Positions 1 through 8,689 of a DNA stretch of 64,000 bases are shown piece by piece. A program made the position numbers and the translations under genes. The number at the start of each line of letters is the position of its first letter. Position 1 is the first letter of the stretch. The notes below the pieces were generated by a model. That model was not told the origin of the DNA. It did not search any database and worked only from the letters and a program-made list of their open reading frames with translations. The DNA is from an uncultured Alphaproteobacteria bacterium (lineage in GTDB: Bacteria; Pseudomonadota; Alphaproteobacteria; Acetobacterales; Acetobacteraceae): positions 31,657 to 95,656 of the forward strand of contig CAVXFL010000004.1 in NCBI GenBank assembly GCA_963761015.1. The letters run 5' to 3'.

Positions 1-392
1 TGCTCGACATGGAGCGGGCCATCCAGGGGCTCGGGGTTCCCTCCAACGTGCCGATCACCGGCTACGTGTTTTCGCAGAAATGGGCCGAGGCCCACCCGCC
101 GCTGATTCACGGCTTCGTCGCGGCCCTCGGCAAGGCACGCGACGTTCTTGCCACCTCGGATGCCGAGTGGGAGCGCATCAAGCCGATCACCCGGGCCAGC
201 AGCGAGGCCGAGCTTCATCTGCTCCGCGACTACTACCGCCGGGGCATCCCGCGGCATTGGGGGCCGGCCGAATGGCAGGCCGCGGCCAAGCTCTACGATA
301 TACTGGCGGCGATCGGCGGCCCCGATCTGGTCGGCGGTGGCAAAACTCTGGCGCCGGGCACGTTCTGGCGGCCCCGGCGCGCGCCGGGGTGA
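1..392 (+). CDS. ABC transporter periplasmic substrate-binding protein, C-terminal fragment (5' end outside window)
   Basis: The frame of ORF 9..392 stays open to the window edge. Its TGA overlaps the GTG of the downstream permease (GTGA at 389-392). Family is inferred from operon context with permease and ATPase. Confidence 0.55.
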   Translation, partial: LDMERAIQGLGVPSNVPITGYVFSQKWAEAHPPLIHGFVAALGKARDVLATSDAEWERIKPITRASSEAELHLLRDYYRRGIPRHWGPAEWQAAAKLYDILAAIGGPDLVGGGKTLAPGTFWRPRRAPG

Positions 393-1189
393 TCGGGCGC
401 GCGGCATCGACGGGTCTGGTCTGGGGGACGGGTTCGGCGCGTCTGCTCGCTGGCCCGGCATCGACGCGCCTGTTGTCGTGGGTGGCCCTGCTGCTGCTCT
501 GGGAAGCGGCGGCGCTGGCGGCGGGCAACCGGCTGTTTCCCCCGGTCTCCACCGTGCTCGTGGCGATGGGCGGCGACATCGCCTCCGGGGTGCTGCCGTA
601 CAACCTCGCCGTGACCCTGGCCCGGGTCGTCGCCGCCTTCGCCATATCGATGCTGCTCGGCACCGCGCTCGGGCTGGCCATGGGGACCTGGCGCCGGCTC
701 GACCTGATGCTGGATAGCTGGGTGACGGCGCTGATGAACCTGCCGGCGCTTGTGGTTATCGTGCTCATGTACGTCTGGTTCGGGCTGACCGAGGCGGCGG
801 CGATCGGCGCGGTCACCTTGAACAAGCTGCCGACAACCGCCGTGGTGGTGCGCGAGGGCACGCGGGCGATCGACCGCGACCTGATGGAAATGGCGCGCAG
901 TTTCCGCATGCCGCGCTGGGCGCGGCTGCGCCATGTCGTGCTGCCGCAACTCTATCCCTACCTGTTCGCGGCGGCCCGATCCGGGCTGGCGATCATCTGG
1001 AAGATCGTGCTCGTGGTCGAGCTGCTCGGCCGCAGCAACGGCGTTGGCTTCCAGATTCAGGTGTATTTTCAGTTATTCGACGTCACTCAGATCCTGGCTT
1101 ACACACTGGCCTTCATCCTGGTGGTGCAGGCGATCGAATGGGCGATATTGCAGCCGATGGAGCGACGCGCGACGCGTTGGCGACGCTGA
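389..1189 (+). CDS. ABC transporter permease (NitT/TauT type, SsuC/TauC-like)
   Basis: Last 267 codons of ORF 80..1189. GTG 389 overlaps the upstream stop. Several hydrophobic helices are present (LLSWVALLLLWEAAALAA, ALVVIVLMYVWFGL, LAIIWKIVLVVELLG, ILAYTLAFILVVQAIEW). The 5' part of the track ORF is an Arg/Pro-rich out-of-frame reading of the SBP gene. Confidence 0.85.
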   Translation: MIGRAASTGLVWGTGSARLLAGPASTRLLSWVALLLLWEAAALAAGNRLFPPVSTVLVAMGGDIASGVLPYNLAVTLARVVAAFAISMLLGTALGLAMGTWRRLDLMLDSWVTALMNLPALVVIVLMYVWFGLTEAAAIGAVTLNKLPTTAVVVREGTRAIDRDLMEMARSFRMPRWARLRHVVLPQLYPYLFAAARSGLAIIWKIVLVVELLGRSNGVGFQIQVYFQLFDVTQILAYTLAFILVVQAIEWAILQPMERRATRWRR

Positions 1190-1896
1190 TCCTGGACGTC
1201 GCGGTCGCGCGCAAGTTCTACGGCTCGGGCGCCGCCGAACATCTGGTCCTCGACGGCGTGCGGTTCGGCCTCGCCGAGGGCGAGATCGTTGCGCTGGTCG
1301 GCCCATCCGGCTGCGGCAAGACCACGCTCCTGAAGATCATCGGCGGGCTCGATCCGGTCTACGAGGGCAGCGTGTGCTGGCTCGGCCCGAACGCGCCCCG
1401 CATCGCCACGATCTTCCAGGAGCCGCGGCTGCTGCCGTGGCGGACGGTGCGGCAGAATCTGATGCTGGTGGAGCCGCCGGGCGGCGGGGCGGCGGTGGAC
1501 GACCTGTTGCGCACGCTCGGGCTCTGGCAGTTTCGCGACGCCTATCCGCAGCAGATTTCGCTCGGCATGGCCCGGCGGGCGGCGATCGCGCGGGCCTTCG
1601 CGATCGAGCCGGATCTGGTGCTCATGGACGAGCCGTTCGTCTCGCTCGATCCGGCGATGGCCGAGCGCGGGCGCGAGGTGCTGTTGGACGCCTGGCGCCG
1701 CCGCCCCACCTCCGCGCTCCTCGTGACGCACGACCTGCTTGACGCGGCGGCGCTGGCGGATCGGGTGCTGATGCTCTCAGGCAACCCGAGCCGGGTCGTC
1801 AAGGTGGTGACGATCGAGCCGGAACTGCGGCGCTCCGGCATCGAGGCGAGCATGCGCATCGCCACGCAGCTCCGCGCCGAGCGAGCGGGGACGTAG
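1138..1896 (+). CDS. ABC transporter ATP-binding protein
   Basis: Walker A GPSGCGKTT, Q-loop IFQEPRLLPW, signature-like QISLGMARRAAIARA, Walker B LVLMDEPF, H-loop LLVTHD. Start is uncertain: ATG 1138 overlaps the permease by 52 nt, and TTG 1177 is an alternative. Confidence 0.9.
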   Translation: MGDIAADGATRDALATLILDVAVARKFYGSGAAEHLVLDGVRFGLAEGEIVALVGPSGCGKTTLLKIIGGLDPVYEGSVCWLGPNAPRIATIFQEPRLLPWRTVRQNLMLVEPPGGGAAVDDLLRTLGLWQFRDAYPQQISLGMARRAAIARAFAIEPDLVLMDEPFVSLDPAMAERGREVLLDAWRRRPTSALLVTHDLLDAAALADRVLMLSGNPSRVVKVVTIEPELRRSGIEASMRIATQLRAERAGT

Positions 1897-1900
1897 GCTT

Positions 1901-1935
1901 TTCTCCCCCTCCCCTTGCGGGAGGGGGATGGGGCC
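1901..1935. repeat. REP-like C/G-rich imperfect palindrome (TTCTCCCCCTCCCCTTGCGGGAGGGGGATGGGG)
   Basis: Intergenic, immediately after the ATPase stop. It is clearly related to the element at 52908-52946 (TTCTCCCTCCCCCTGCGAGAAGGTCGGGGTGAGGG). Confidence 0.6.
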
Positions 1936-1951
1936 GCACGGACGCGAGAAT

Positions 1952-1968
1952 GCCGGGTCCAGCCCGGC
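1952..1968. terminator. Short GC hairpin between convergent genes (GCCGGG-tccag-CCCGGC)
   Basis: A 6-bp perfect inverted repeat lies between the ATPase (+) and cytochrome c (-) 3' ends. There is no clear U-tract, so terminator function is tentative. Confidence 0.3.
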
Positions 1969-2006
1969 AATAACGGGAAACGTTTGCGGTCTGAGCGAAC
2001 GCGCCG

Positions 2007-2384
2007 CTAATGCAGCGTCTTCAGATACGCGATCACGTTCTTGCGCTGCTTTTCCTCGGGCACGCCGGGGAAGATCATCTTCGTGCCGGGCGCCATCCCG
2101 CGCGGATCTTCAAGCCATTTGTCGAGCGTCTTGTCGTTCCAGGTGACGTTCAGCTTCTTGACCGCGGGCGAGAACTCGTACCCGGGAACCTCGGCCGACT
2201 TGCCGCCGTATACGCCGAACAGGCTCGGGCCGATCTTGTTCACGCCCTTCTGGGCGGAATGGCAGAGCGAGCAAACCTGGTCGAAATACTTCTTGCCGGC
2301 GGCGGCATCGCCCTGGGCGAAAGCCGCGACCGACAACGACACCGAAGCGGCGAGCGCGAGCAAGGCAACCGGGGTCTTTCGCAT
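2007..2384 (-). CDS. Class I c-type cytochrome (cytochrome c2-like), periplasmic
   Basis: Signal peptide MRKTPVALLALAASVSLSVAAFA. Single heme motif CSLCH. Distal Met region APGTKMIFPG. C-terminal IAYLKTL helix typical of mitochondrial-type cytochrome c. Confidence 0.9.
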   Translation of the reverse strand: MRKTPVALLALAASVSLSVAAFAQGDAAAGKKYFDQVCSLCHSAQKGVNKIGPSLFGVYGGKSAEVPGYEFSPAVKKLNVTWNDKTLDKWLEDPRGMAPGTKMIFPGVPEEKQRKNVIAYLKTLH

Positions 2385-2506
2385 CGTTCCATCCCACCTG
2401 TCATTTGTTGCACGTCGGATAAGCGGGCCGGCAAATCTCGGCCGAGCCGGAGGCGGGCGGCATTATGGGCCCTTGCCTGCGCTTGTCGATACGCCGCCGC
2501 GCCGGG

Positions 2507-2719
2507 TCATGGCTCGCGCCGGCAGATCGTGCGGATGTAGACCGTCTTGCCCACATCCGCGCTGAGCGGGGTGCGCGCAATGGTGTCCTGCCAGCCCATG
2601 GCGCATTGCAGTTCGTTGCCGACCACGCACGACATGACGTCCAGCGCCGTTCGCTCATTGCACTGATCGACGGCGGTCGCATTGAGACAGACCAGCACGA
2701 TCGCCTGGAACGCACCCAT
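2507..2719 (-). CDS. Small Cys-rich hypothetical protein (70 aa, 6 Cys)
   Basis: Codon third positions are very G/C-rich in this frame. GGGAAG lies 5 nt upstream of the ATG. The N-terminus is hydrophobic (MGAFQAIVLVCL). No family recognised. Confidence 0.5.
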   Translation of the reverse strand: MGAFQAIVLVCLNATAVDQCNERTALDVMSCVVGNELQCAMGWQDTIARTPLSADVGKTVYIRTICRREP

Positions 2720-2850
2720 GACGGCTTCCCCGCAGCGGACCTACTCTGGCTCGGACGGTTCGCGGCGCGAAGCACCGGCGGGGCGTTCGCGCCTCAAGCG
2801 CACGAGGAATTGTGATTCCCGGGAGGTCTCGCCTCGCCTAGCCGGTCGGA

Positions 2851-5406
2851 TCACAGCGTAATCTTCACCCCGGCGAACGCGGCGATCGGCGCCCCGATGG
2901 AGTAGCTGCGCGGGTTGCTCGCGTTCGGAACCTGCCAGATCGGGATTTCGCTGGTGGCCGAGAACGTCCCGTAATTGTAATAGGCGACGTTGAACGCGTT
3001 CTGCAGCATGCCGAACACCTGGACGTTCTTGGTCACCTGATAGCTGCTATTCAGGTTCACCAGGAAATACGCCGGCAGCTTCTGCGTCAGGTTGGCTTCG
3101 TCGCCGAACAGGTACTGCCCGCTCGCCGCGACGCCGGTGGCGCCCACGGTCCATTTCGGCGTGACCTTGTATTGCACGCCGAGCTTGAGCAGGTGCGCCG
3201 GGATCCCTGGCATCCGATCGCCGGAATGCACCGCGATATTGCCGTTCGCGTTGGCGGCGGGATTGTCGGGGCTCGATTCGATGAAGCTGCTTTGGAACGT
3301 CGCGTCGGTGTACGAGTAGTCGATCCAGGCCATCCAGCGCCCGCTGGTGTAGCGCAACCCGGCGTCCAAGCCCTGCCGGCGGGTTTGGCCGATGTTCTGA
3401 AAAAACCCGGTCCCGATGATCTGGCTGGTCACGAAGATGATGTCGTCGTGGACATTGCTGCGGAACGTACTCAGGTTCCAGTTCAGCCTGCCGCTGTCGA
3501 ACGGCCGCAAATTGCCGCGCAAGCCTAGTTCGATGCTGCGCGCCACCACCTGCTTCAGGTCGGGGTCGCCGGTGAAGAAGTTGGCGAGGCTGCACGGCGA
3601 GGTCGGATCGGAGCAGGTCAGCTCGGCCGGGGTCGGCGCGCGGTTCGATTCCGCGTAGCTGGCGTACAGGCTGAGCGCCGGCAGCAATCGGTAGGTGACA
3701 CCGAAGGACGGGTTGAACCGGTTGTAGACATGGTTGCCGGTCAGCGAGCCGCCCATGAGATCCGTGATGTCGATCTGCGCCGCGTTGAAGCGGCCGGCCA
3801 GGTTCACCGACAGCTTCGGCGTCAGGTCGAGCGTATCGGTGAAGAAGGCGCCGTAATAGGCATCCATGATCCGCGCGCGCACCGGCGCGATCGAGCCGTC
3901 GGCCAGGTTGAGGACGGGGCCGGGACCGTAAAAGTTCCGCGTCAGTAGAGCGAGCCCGCCCTCCTCGGTGTTGCCGTCGAACAGCGTATTGGCGCCGTCG
4001 AAGCTGAAGCCGGCGACCAGGTGGTTGTGCAGGCCGAACACGTCGTCGCGGTTGCTTACCTGGAAGGAGACGCCGTAGGCGTTGGTGTTGGTGGTCTGGT
4101 TAGCGATCGAGCCATACAGCCCGTCCGCCCCCAGGAAGGCGGCGATCGGGTTGCCGTTGCGATCGGTGGCGACCTCGCCGGACGGGGCGCACAGGAAGAG
4201 GCCGCGCGGGCACACGTTGAGCGGCGAGCCGTTGCCGTTCGCGAAGCGCTGCAGGAAATTGCTGTAATAGGCGAGCGCCTGCAGCGAGGTCGTGTCGGTG
4301 ACATCGTAATTGCCGCGTAGGTCCACGCGGCCGTAATTGTTGGCGATGTAGTCCGGCCCGGTGAGATGCGCGCGCGGATCGACGGCCAGCAATTCCACCG
4401 GCACCGTTCCCGGCCCTTGCAGGAAATTTTGCGCCAGATCGATGCCGAGATGCAGCTCGGCCCGCTCGCTGCGCCAGCCGATGTCGCCGTAGAACTGCTT
4501 GAGCCCGGAGGACTGGTAGTCGCGCCAGCCGTTCTCGTGCAAGCCGGCAGCCGCGATGTAAACCGCCGTATTGCCGATCTGCTTGCCGTACTGGAACGCG
4601 CCGCCGATCTGGCCGAACGAGCCGCCGAATACGTCCAGCTCCGCGCCGTGATAGGTAAAGCCGTTCTTCAGTTCCACCGAGAGCGCGCCGCCCAGCGCAT
4701 TCAACCCGAACACCGGGTTGGCGCCCTCCAGGTTCATCCGCGCGATGGCGATGTCGGGGATCAGATCCCAGTTCACGGTATCGCCGAACGGGTTGTTGAA
4801 GCGCACGCCGTTCACGTAGACGGCGATCCCCTGCTCGGTCCCTTGGATCGGCGAGGCCTGGAATCCGTGATAGAACAGCTGCGGCTGGAACGGATTGCCG
4901 TAGGCATTCTCCAAATGGACGCCTTGCGCCTGGTCCTGGAGCGCGCGCAAGGCGTTTGGCTCGCCTTGCAGGCTGATGTCCCTGGGCGTGAACACTTGGT
5001 TTTGCGCCGGCACCTTGTAGCGATCGAGACCGGAGCCGAGCAGCGGCGTCGCGCCGATCACGTTCACTTCGGGCAGCACGGTGACACTCGGCGCGACCGG
5101 TGGCCCCGGCGAGGGCGTCACCGGCGGCGGTGCGGAGATCGGCGCGGCTGCGGGTGGCGCGTTCTGCGCAATTTCGACAGGACCGCGAACCCATGTGATG
5201 CCGAACTTGTCCGGTTTTGGCGCAACCGCCGGCGCATCGGCCGCGGGCGCTCCGATCGCTTCGGCGCGCGCGACAACCGCCGGCCGCGACTTGGCGGGCT
5301 TGGATGATGATGCCCCCGCGGTCACGGTGGGCGTCGCCGTGGTCTGGGCGAACGCCATGCAGGGAATGGTGACCGCCGCGACCGACGCCTTCCAGACCTG
5401 CCTCAT
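2851..5406 (-). CDS. TonB-dependent outer-membrane receptor with long Ala/Pro-rich N-terminal linker
   Basis: 851 aa. Signal peptide MRQVWKASVAAVTIPCMAFA is followed by about 100 aa of low-complexity A/P/T-rich sequence. Next come a plug-like region (VTVLPEVNVIGATPLLG...YKVP) and a long beta-barrel-type sequence with alternating aromatic/Gly patterns up to the C-terminus ...FAGVKITL. Confidence 0.9.
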   Translation of the reverse strand: MRQVWKASVAAVTIPCMAFAQTTATPTVTAGASSSKPAKSRPAVVARAEAIGAPAADAPAVAPKPDKFGITWVRGPVEIAQNAPPAAAPISAPPPVTPSPGPPVAPSVTVLPEVNVIGATPLLGSGLDRYKVPAQNQVFTPRDISLQGEPNALRALQDQAQGVHLENAYGNPFQPQLFYHGFQASPIQGTEQGIAVYVNGVRFNNPFGDTVNWDLIPDIAIARMNLEGANPVFGLNALGGALSVELKNGFTYHGAELDVFGGSFGQIGGAFQYGKQIGNTAVYIAAAGLHENGWRDYQSSGLKQFYGDIGWRSERAELHLGIDLAQNFLQGPGTVPVELLAVDPRAHLTGPDYIANNYGRVDLRGNYDVTDTTSLQALAYYSNFLQRFANGNGSPLNVCPRGLFLCAPSGEVATDRNGNPIAAFLGADGLYGSIANQTTNTNAYGVSFQVSNRDDVFGLHNHLVAGFSFDGANTLFDGNTEEGGLALLTRNFYGPGPVLNLADGSIAPVRARIMDAYYGAFFTDTLDLTPKLSVNLAGRFNAAQIDITDLMGGSLTGNHVYNRFNPSFGVTYRLLPALSLYASYAESNRAPTPAELTCSDPTSPCSLANFFTGDPDLKQVVARSIELGLRGNLRPFDSGRLNWNLSTFRSNVHDDIIFVTSQIIGTGFFQNIGQTRRQGLDAGLRYTSGRWMAWIDYSYTDATFQSSFIESSPDNPAANANGNIAVHSGDRMPGIPAHLLKLGVQYKVTPKWTVGATGVAASGQYLFGDEANLTQKLPAYFLVNLNSSYQVTKNVQVFGMLQNAFNVAYYNYGTFSATSEIPIWQVPNASNPRSYSIGAPIAAFAGVKITL

Positions 5407-5468
5407 CCTTCCCCCAACCCGCCGTTTTGGCCGGCGCCGTGCTCGGTGCCAGCGCCGCTATTGCGGAC

Positions 5469-5498
5469 GATAGCGCAACAGGTTTGCCCACGTGTCAA
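5469..5498 (-). promoter_or_regulatory. Candidate sigma70-type promoter of the TonB-dependent receptor
   Basis: On the minus strand: TTGACA (5498-5493), an 18-nt spacer, then GCTATC (5474-5469), about 60 nt upstream of ATG 5406. Pattern match only. Confidence 0.25.
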
Positions 5499-5536
5499 TA
5501 CTTTCGCGCCGCCGATATCTTCCGATCAGGACACAT

Positions 5537-5552
5537 TTTTCTGATTTTCTGA
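5537..5552. promoter_or_regulatory. Tandem direct repeat TTTTCTGA x2 in divergent intergenic region
   Basis: A perfect 8-nt direct repeat sits in the visibly AT-richer spacer between the receptor gene (-) and the sensor kinase gene (+). It is a possible operator. No known consensus matched. Confidence 0.2.
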
Positions 5553-5802
5553 AATCGGCGACACGACGAGTTGGACAATTCACAAACGCACTGGAAGAAT
5601 CACGGAAAATCCCCGAGCGGCGTGCGGTTTAACTATCACCCGATCGATGACTATTGTGCAGTATCGACGTGAACACGTTCACTCCGATCCTGCCGAATTG
5701 TCACGCCCGGAAATCTCACGGTTGCGTCGGGCTCGCCGCTATGGCTGATCCGCTACGGGGCAAACGGGAGGCAATGACGGTGTCCGGCAGAGCGGCTTGG
5801 CG

Positions 5803-7170
5803 ATGCAGCGGCGGCTGAGCGGCATGTGGTCGCTGCGCAGCCGGCTGGTCACGGTGCCGTCCGCGATCCTGCTCGCCGGGCTCGCGGCGACGATCGCGTT
5901 CGACATCTACCGCGCGCAGCTCCGCGTGCAGGCGGAAATGGATTCCGGAATGCGTCTCGCCCGCGTGCTGGTTTCCGGCGCGCTGGCTCGGGCCGAAGCG
6001 GAGTCCGATCCCGCCGCCACGCTGGACCAGATTCAGTTGGCGCTGCCGACTATCCGCCATGTCGATTTCGTCGTGCTGGCGGCGCCGTTGCTGGGCCGGT
6101 TTGCCGGTGAGCCGGTCGTCAAGGAGGAGCGTCGCGCCGCGCCGTTCTGGTTCACGCGGCTGCTGCATGTTCCGCTGCGGGCGGAAGCCTTTCCGATCAC
6201 GCTGAACGGCCGCGCCGCAGGCCAAGTCGTGGTCGTGCCCAATCCGCTCAACGAGATCGCGGAAATCTGGGACGAGCTGACCTTCCTGGCGGGCCTGCTG
6301 CTCGTGCTGGCCGTGGTCATCGTCACGCTGCTGATCTGGAGCGTGCATCGCGGGCTGCGGCCGATCCGCGATCTGGCGGAAGCGTTTGACCGGCTCGAAC
6401 ATGGGCGGTTCGAAACGTTGCAGCGTCCCACTCGCGTCACCGAGTTGCACCGCATCGGCGAGCAGTTCGACAGCCTTGTGCGCTCACTCGCTCGCGTGAC
6501 GGCCGACAATCATCGGCTGATCGATCGGCTTATTTCGGTGCAGGAGGCGGAGCGCAAGGAGATCGCGCGCGAGCTGCATGACGAATTCGGCCCCTCGCTG
6601 TTCGGTATCCGCGCCGACGTCTCCTGCATTGTCCGCCGGGCACGCAACCGCGAGCCACGATTCGAGGAGATTGAGGAGCGCGCGCGCTCGATCGCCGAGC
6701 TGGCCGACGGCATTCAGCGGATCAATGCGCGCATGCTGGAGCGCCTGCGGCCACTGGTGCTCGATCAGCTCGGGCTCGCCGAAGCCCTTCGCCAGCTCGT
6801 CGCCGAATGGCGGGAGCGCTGTCCCGGCGTCGCGTGGTCGCTGGAAATGCCGCCCGCCATCGTCCTGCCCGACGAGCAGGCGAGCCTCACCCTGTTCCGC
6901 ACGGTCCAGGAGGCGCTGACCAATGCGGTGCGTCACGCGAAAGCCAGCCAAGTGTGGGTGAGCGTGGCGGCCGCGTCCGGAGAAAACGGCGTCGCGGTCA
7001 GCGTGCGCGACGACGGGCGCGGCTTCCCGCCGGACCTCCGGTTCGGTTTTGGTCTGCTCGGGATCGCCGAGCGCATTCACGCCCGCCACGGCCGGCTGCG
7101 TGTCGGCAACGCCCCGACCAGCGGTGCCCTGATCGAGGTGTTCCTGCCACTGCAGCCGGCAGGCGCATGA
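5803..7170 (+). CDS. Sensor histidine kinase, HisKA_3 (NarX/DesK-like) family
   Basis: Two TM segments (VPSAILLAGLAATIAFDIY; LTFLAGLLLVLAVVIVTLLIW). HAMP-like linker. H-box SVQEAERKEIARELHDEFGPSLFGI. N-box EALTNAVRHA. G-boxes DDGRGF and GFGLLGIAER. ATG 5803 is preferred over TTG 5797. Confidence 0.9.
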   Translation: MQRRLSGMWSLRSRLVTVPSAILLAGLAATIAFDIYRAQLRVQAEMDSGMRLARVLVSGALARAEAESDPAATLDQIQLALPTIRHVDFVVLAAPLLGRFAGEPVVKEERRAAPFWFTRLLHVPLRAEAFPITLNGRAAGQVVVVPNPLNEIAEIWDELTFLAGLLLVLAVVIVTLLIWSVHRGLRPIRDLAEAFDRLEHGRFETLQRPTRVTELHRIGEQFDSLVRSLARVTADNHRLIDRLISVQEAERKEIARELHDEFGPSLFGIRADVSCIVRRARNREPRFEEIEERARSIAELADGIQRINARMLERLRPLVLDQLGLAEALRQLVAEWRERCPGVAWSLEMPPAIVLPDEQASLTLFRTVQEALTNAVRHAKASQVWVSVAAASGENGVAVSVRDDGRGFPPDLRFGFGLLGIAERIHARHGRLRVGNAPTSGALIEVFLPLQPAGA

Positions 7171-7814
7171 CGTCGGGGACGCATTTGCTGGTTCTGCTGG
7201 TGGAGGACCACCCGATCGTGCGGGCCGGCTGCCGCCGCGTGCTGCAAAGCCGCGACGGGCTCGACGTTATCGAGGCGAGCTGCGCGGCCGAGGGTTCCCG
7301 GCTGAACCACGAGCGCCGCCCGGACCTGATCGTGCTCGACCTCAATCTGCCGGACGCGAACGGGCTCGATCTGATGCGCGAGCTTCTGGTCGCGAACGCC
7401 GCGGCCAAGCTGCTGGTGTTCAGCATGTACGAGGACCCGGCTTTCGTGGCGCGCGCCTTGGCAGCCGGGGCCGTCGCGTACGTCACCAAGAACGACGATC
7501 CGGACACGCTGCTGGAGGCCATCGAGAAGGCGCTGCGGGGCGAGATCCATCTCGGCCACACGGTGGCGCAGAAGCTGGCGCTCATGCACCTGCGCCCGCG
7601 CGAGGATCGGCTCGGCGGCTTGTCGGCGCGGGAGCGGCAGGTATTGGATTTGCTCGGCGCCGGCTGCAACCTGTCGGAAATCGCCGCGCGGCTGGAAATC
7701 AGCTACCGCACCGTCGCGAACGTATCATCGCAGCTCAAGAACAAGCTCGGCGTCGGCAGTGCCTCGGCGCTGATCAAGCTCGCCGTCGAGCAGCGGCGGC
7801 CTGATCGCGGGTAG
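7167..7814 (+). CDS. Response regulator, NarL/LuxR family
   Basis: 3' part of ORF 6807..7814. The ATG overlaps the kinase stop (ATGA at 7167-7170). Receiver domain (LLVLLVEDHPIV, DLIVLDLNLPDANG, KLLVFS). LuxR-type HTH (LSARERQVLDLLGAGCNLSEIAARLEISYRTVANVSSQLKNKLGV). Confidence 0.92.
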   Translation: MTSGTHLLVLLVEDHPIVRAGCRRVLQSRDGLDVIEASCAAEGSRLNHERRPDLIVLDLNLPDANGLDLMRELLVANAAAKLLVFSMYEDPAFVARALAAGAVAYVTKNDDPDTLLEAIEKALRGEIHLGHTVAQKLALMHLRPREDRLGGLSARERQVLDLLGAGCNLSEIAARLEISYRTVANVSSQLKNKLGVGSASALIKLAVEQRRPDRG

Positions 7815-7903
7815 GGCGAAAACAGCTGCGTCGCGCGTTGCCCCGGCGGCAACCGCGTCGCATGTTAGCGGCACTTTCGTCGGAAACATGCCGGAAGACG
7901 CCG

Positions 7904-8689
7904 ATGGGTCGTTTCGCAAGCACCGTTCCCTACTACGCCGCATACCGCGAGCCTTACCCGCGCGCGTTCTTCGAGGCCATCGCGGCGCGGCTGGGGTTCG
8001 ACGGGAAGCAGGCGCTGATCGACCTCGGCTGCGGCCCTGCATTGCTGGCGCTCGGCTTCGCGCCGTTCGTCGCGCGCGTGGTCGGCGTCGATCCCGAACC
8101 CGCCATGCTGACGGCCGCGCGCGAAGCCGCCGAACGAGCGGGCGTCGCGCTCACCCTGATCGACGGCCGGACGGAAACGCTGCCGGCCGAGTTCGGGCCG
8201 TTCGAGGCCGCGACGATCGGCCGCGCGCTGCATTGGATGGAGCCTGGCGCAACGCGCGCCGCGCTGGATCGGCTGCTGTCGGCCGACGGGGTCGTGCTGA
8301 TCTGCGGCACCGGCCACCCGGAGGATGCGCCGGAGAACGCCTGGATCCCCGCTTACGGCGCGTTTCGCCGTTCGCTCGGCCATGAAGGCGACCGCAAGGT
8401 CGATCTGCCGGCGTTCTTCGCCGGCTCGCGGTTCCGCCCCGGCGAGGCAGTGCGCGTGCGCGTGCGCCAGCGGCTCGGCATCGCCGATCTCGTCGGCCGC
8501 ACGCTGTCGAAGTCCACCTCCTCGCCAGCCGTGCTCGGCGAGCGCATGGATCGACTGACGGAGATGCTGACGCAAGCGATGAAGCCCTGGCTGCGCGATG
8601 GCGGATTGGAGGAGGTGGTGGAAGCGCGGGCGACACCGTGCTTCGGCGGAGCCGCCGATCAGCCCCTGGACGCGGCCCCCACGACGTAG
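7904..8689 (+). CDS. Class I SAM-dependent methyltransferase
   Basis: SAM motif I ALIDLGCGPALLALG, then VVGVDPEPAML, then the FEAATIGRALHWM region. ATG 7904 (MGRFASTVPYY) is preferred over the upstream start at 7838. Confidence 0.8.
   Translation: MGRFASTVPYYAAYREPYPRAFFEAIAARLGFDGKQALIDLGCGPALLALGFAPFVARVVGVDPEPAMLTAAREAAERAGVALTLIDGRTETLPAEFGPFEAATIGRALHWMEPGATRAALDRLLSADGVVLICGTGHPEDAPENAWIPAYGAFRRSLGHEGDRKVDLPAFFAGSRFRPGEAVRVRVRQRLGIADLVGRTLSKSTSSPAVLGERMDRLTEMLTQAMKPWLRDGGLEEVVEARATPCFGGAADQPLDAAPTT

Noticed and set aside
5407-5720. Cobalamin or other riboswitch in the leader of the TonB-dependent receptor
   Set aside because: Reading the minus strand, I found no B12-box-like element or other recognisable riboswitch core.
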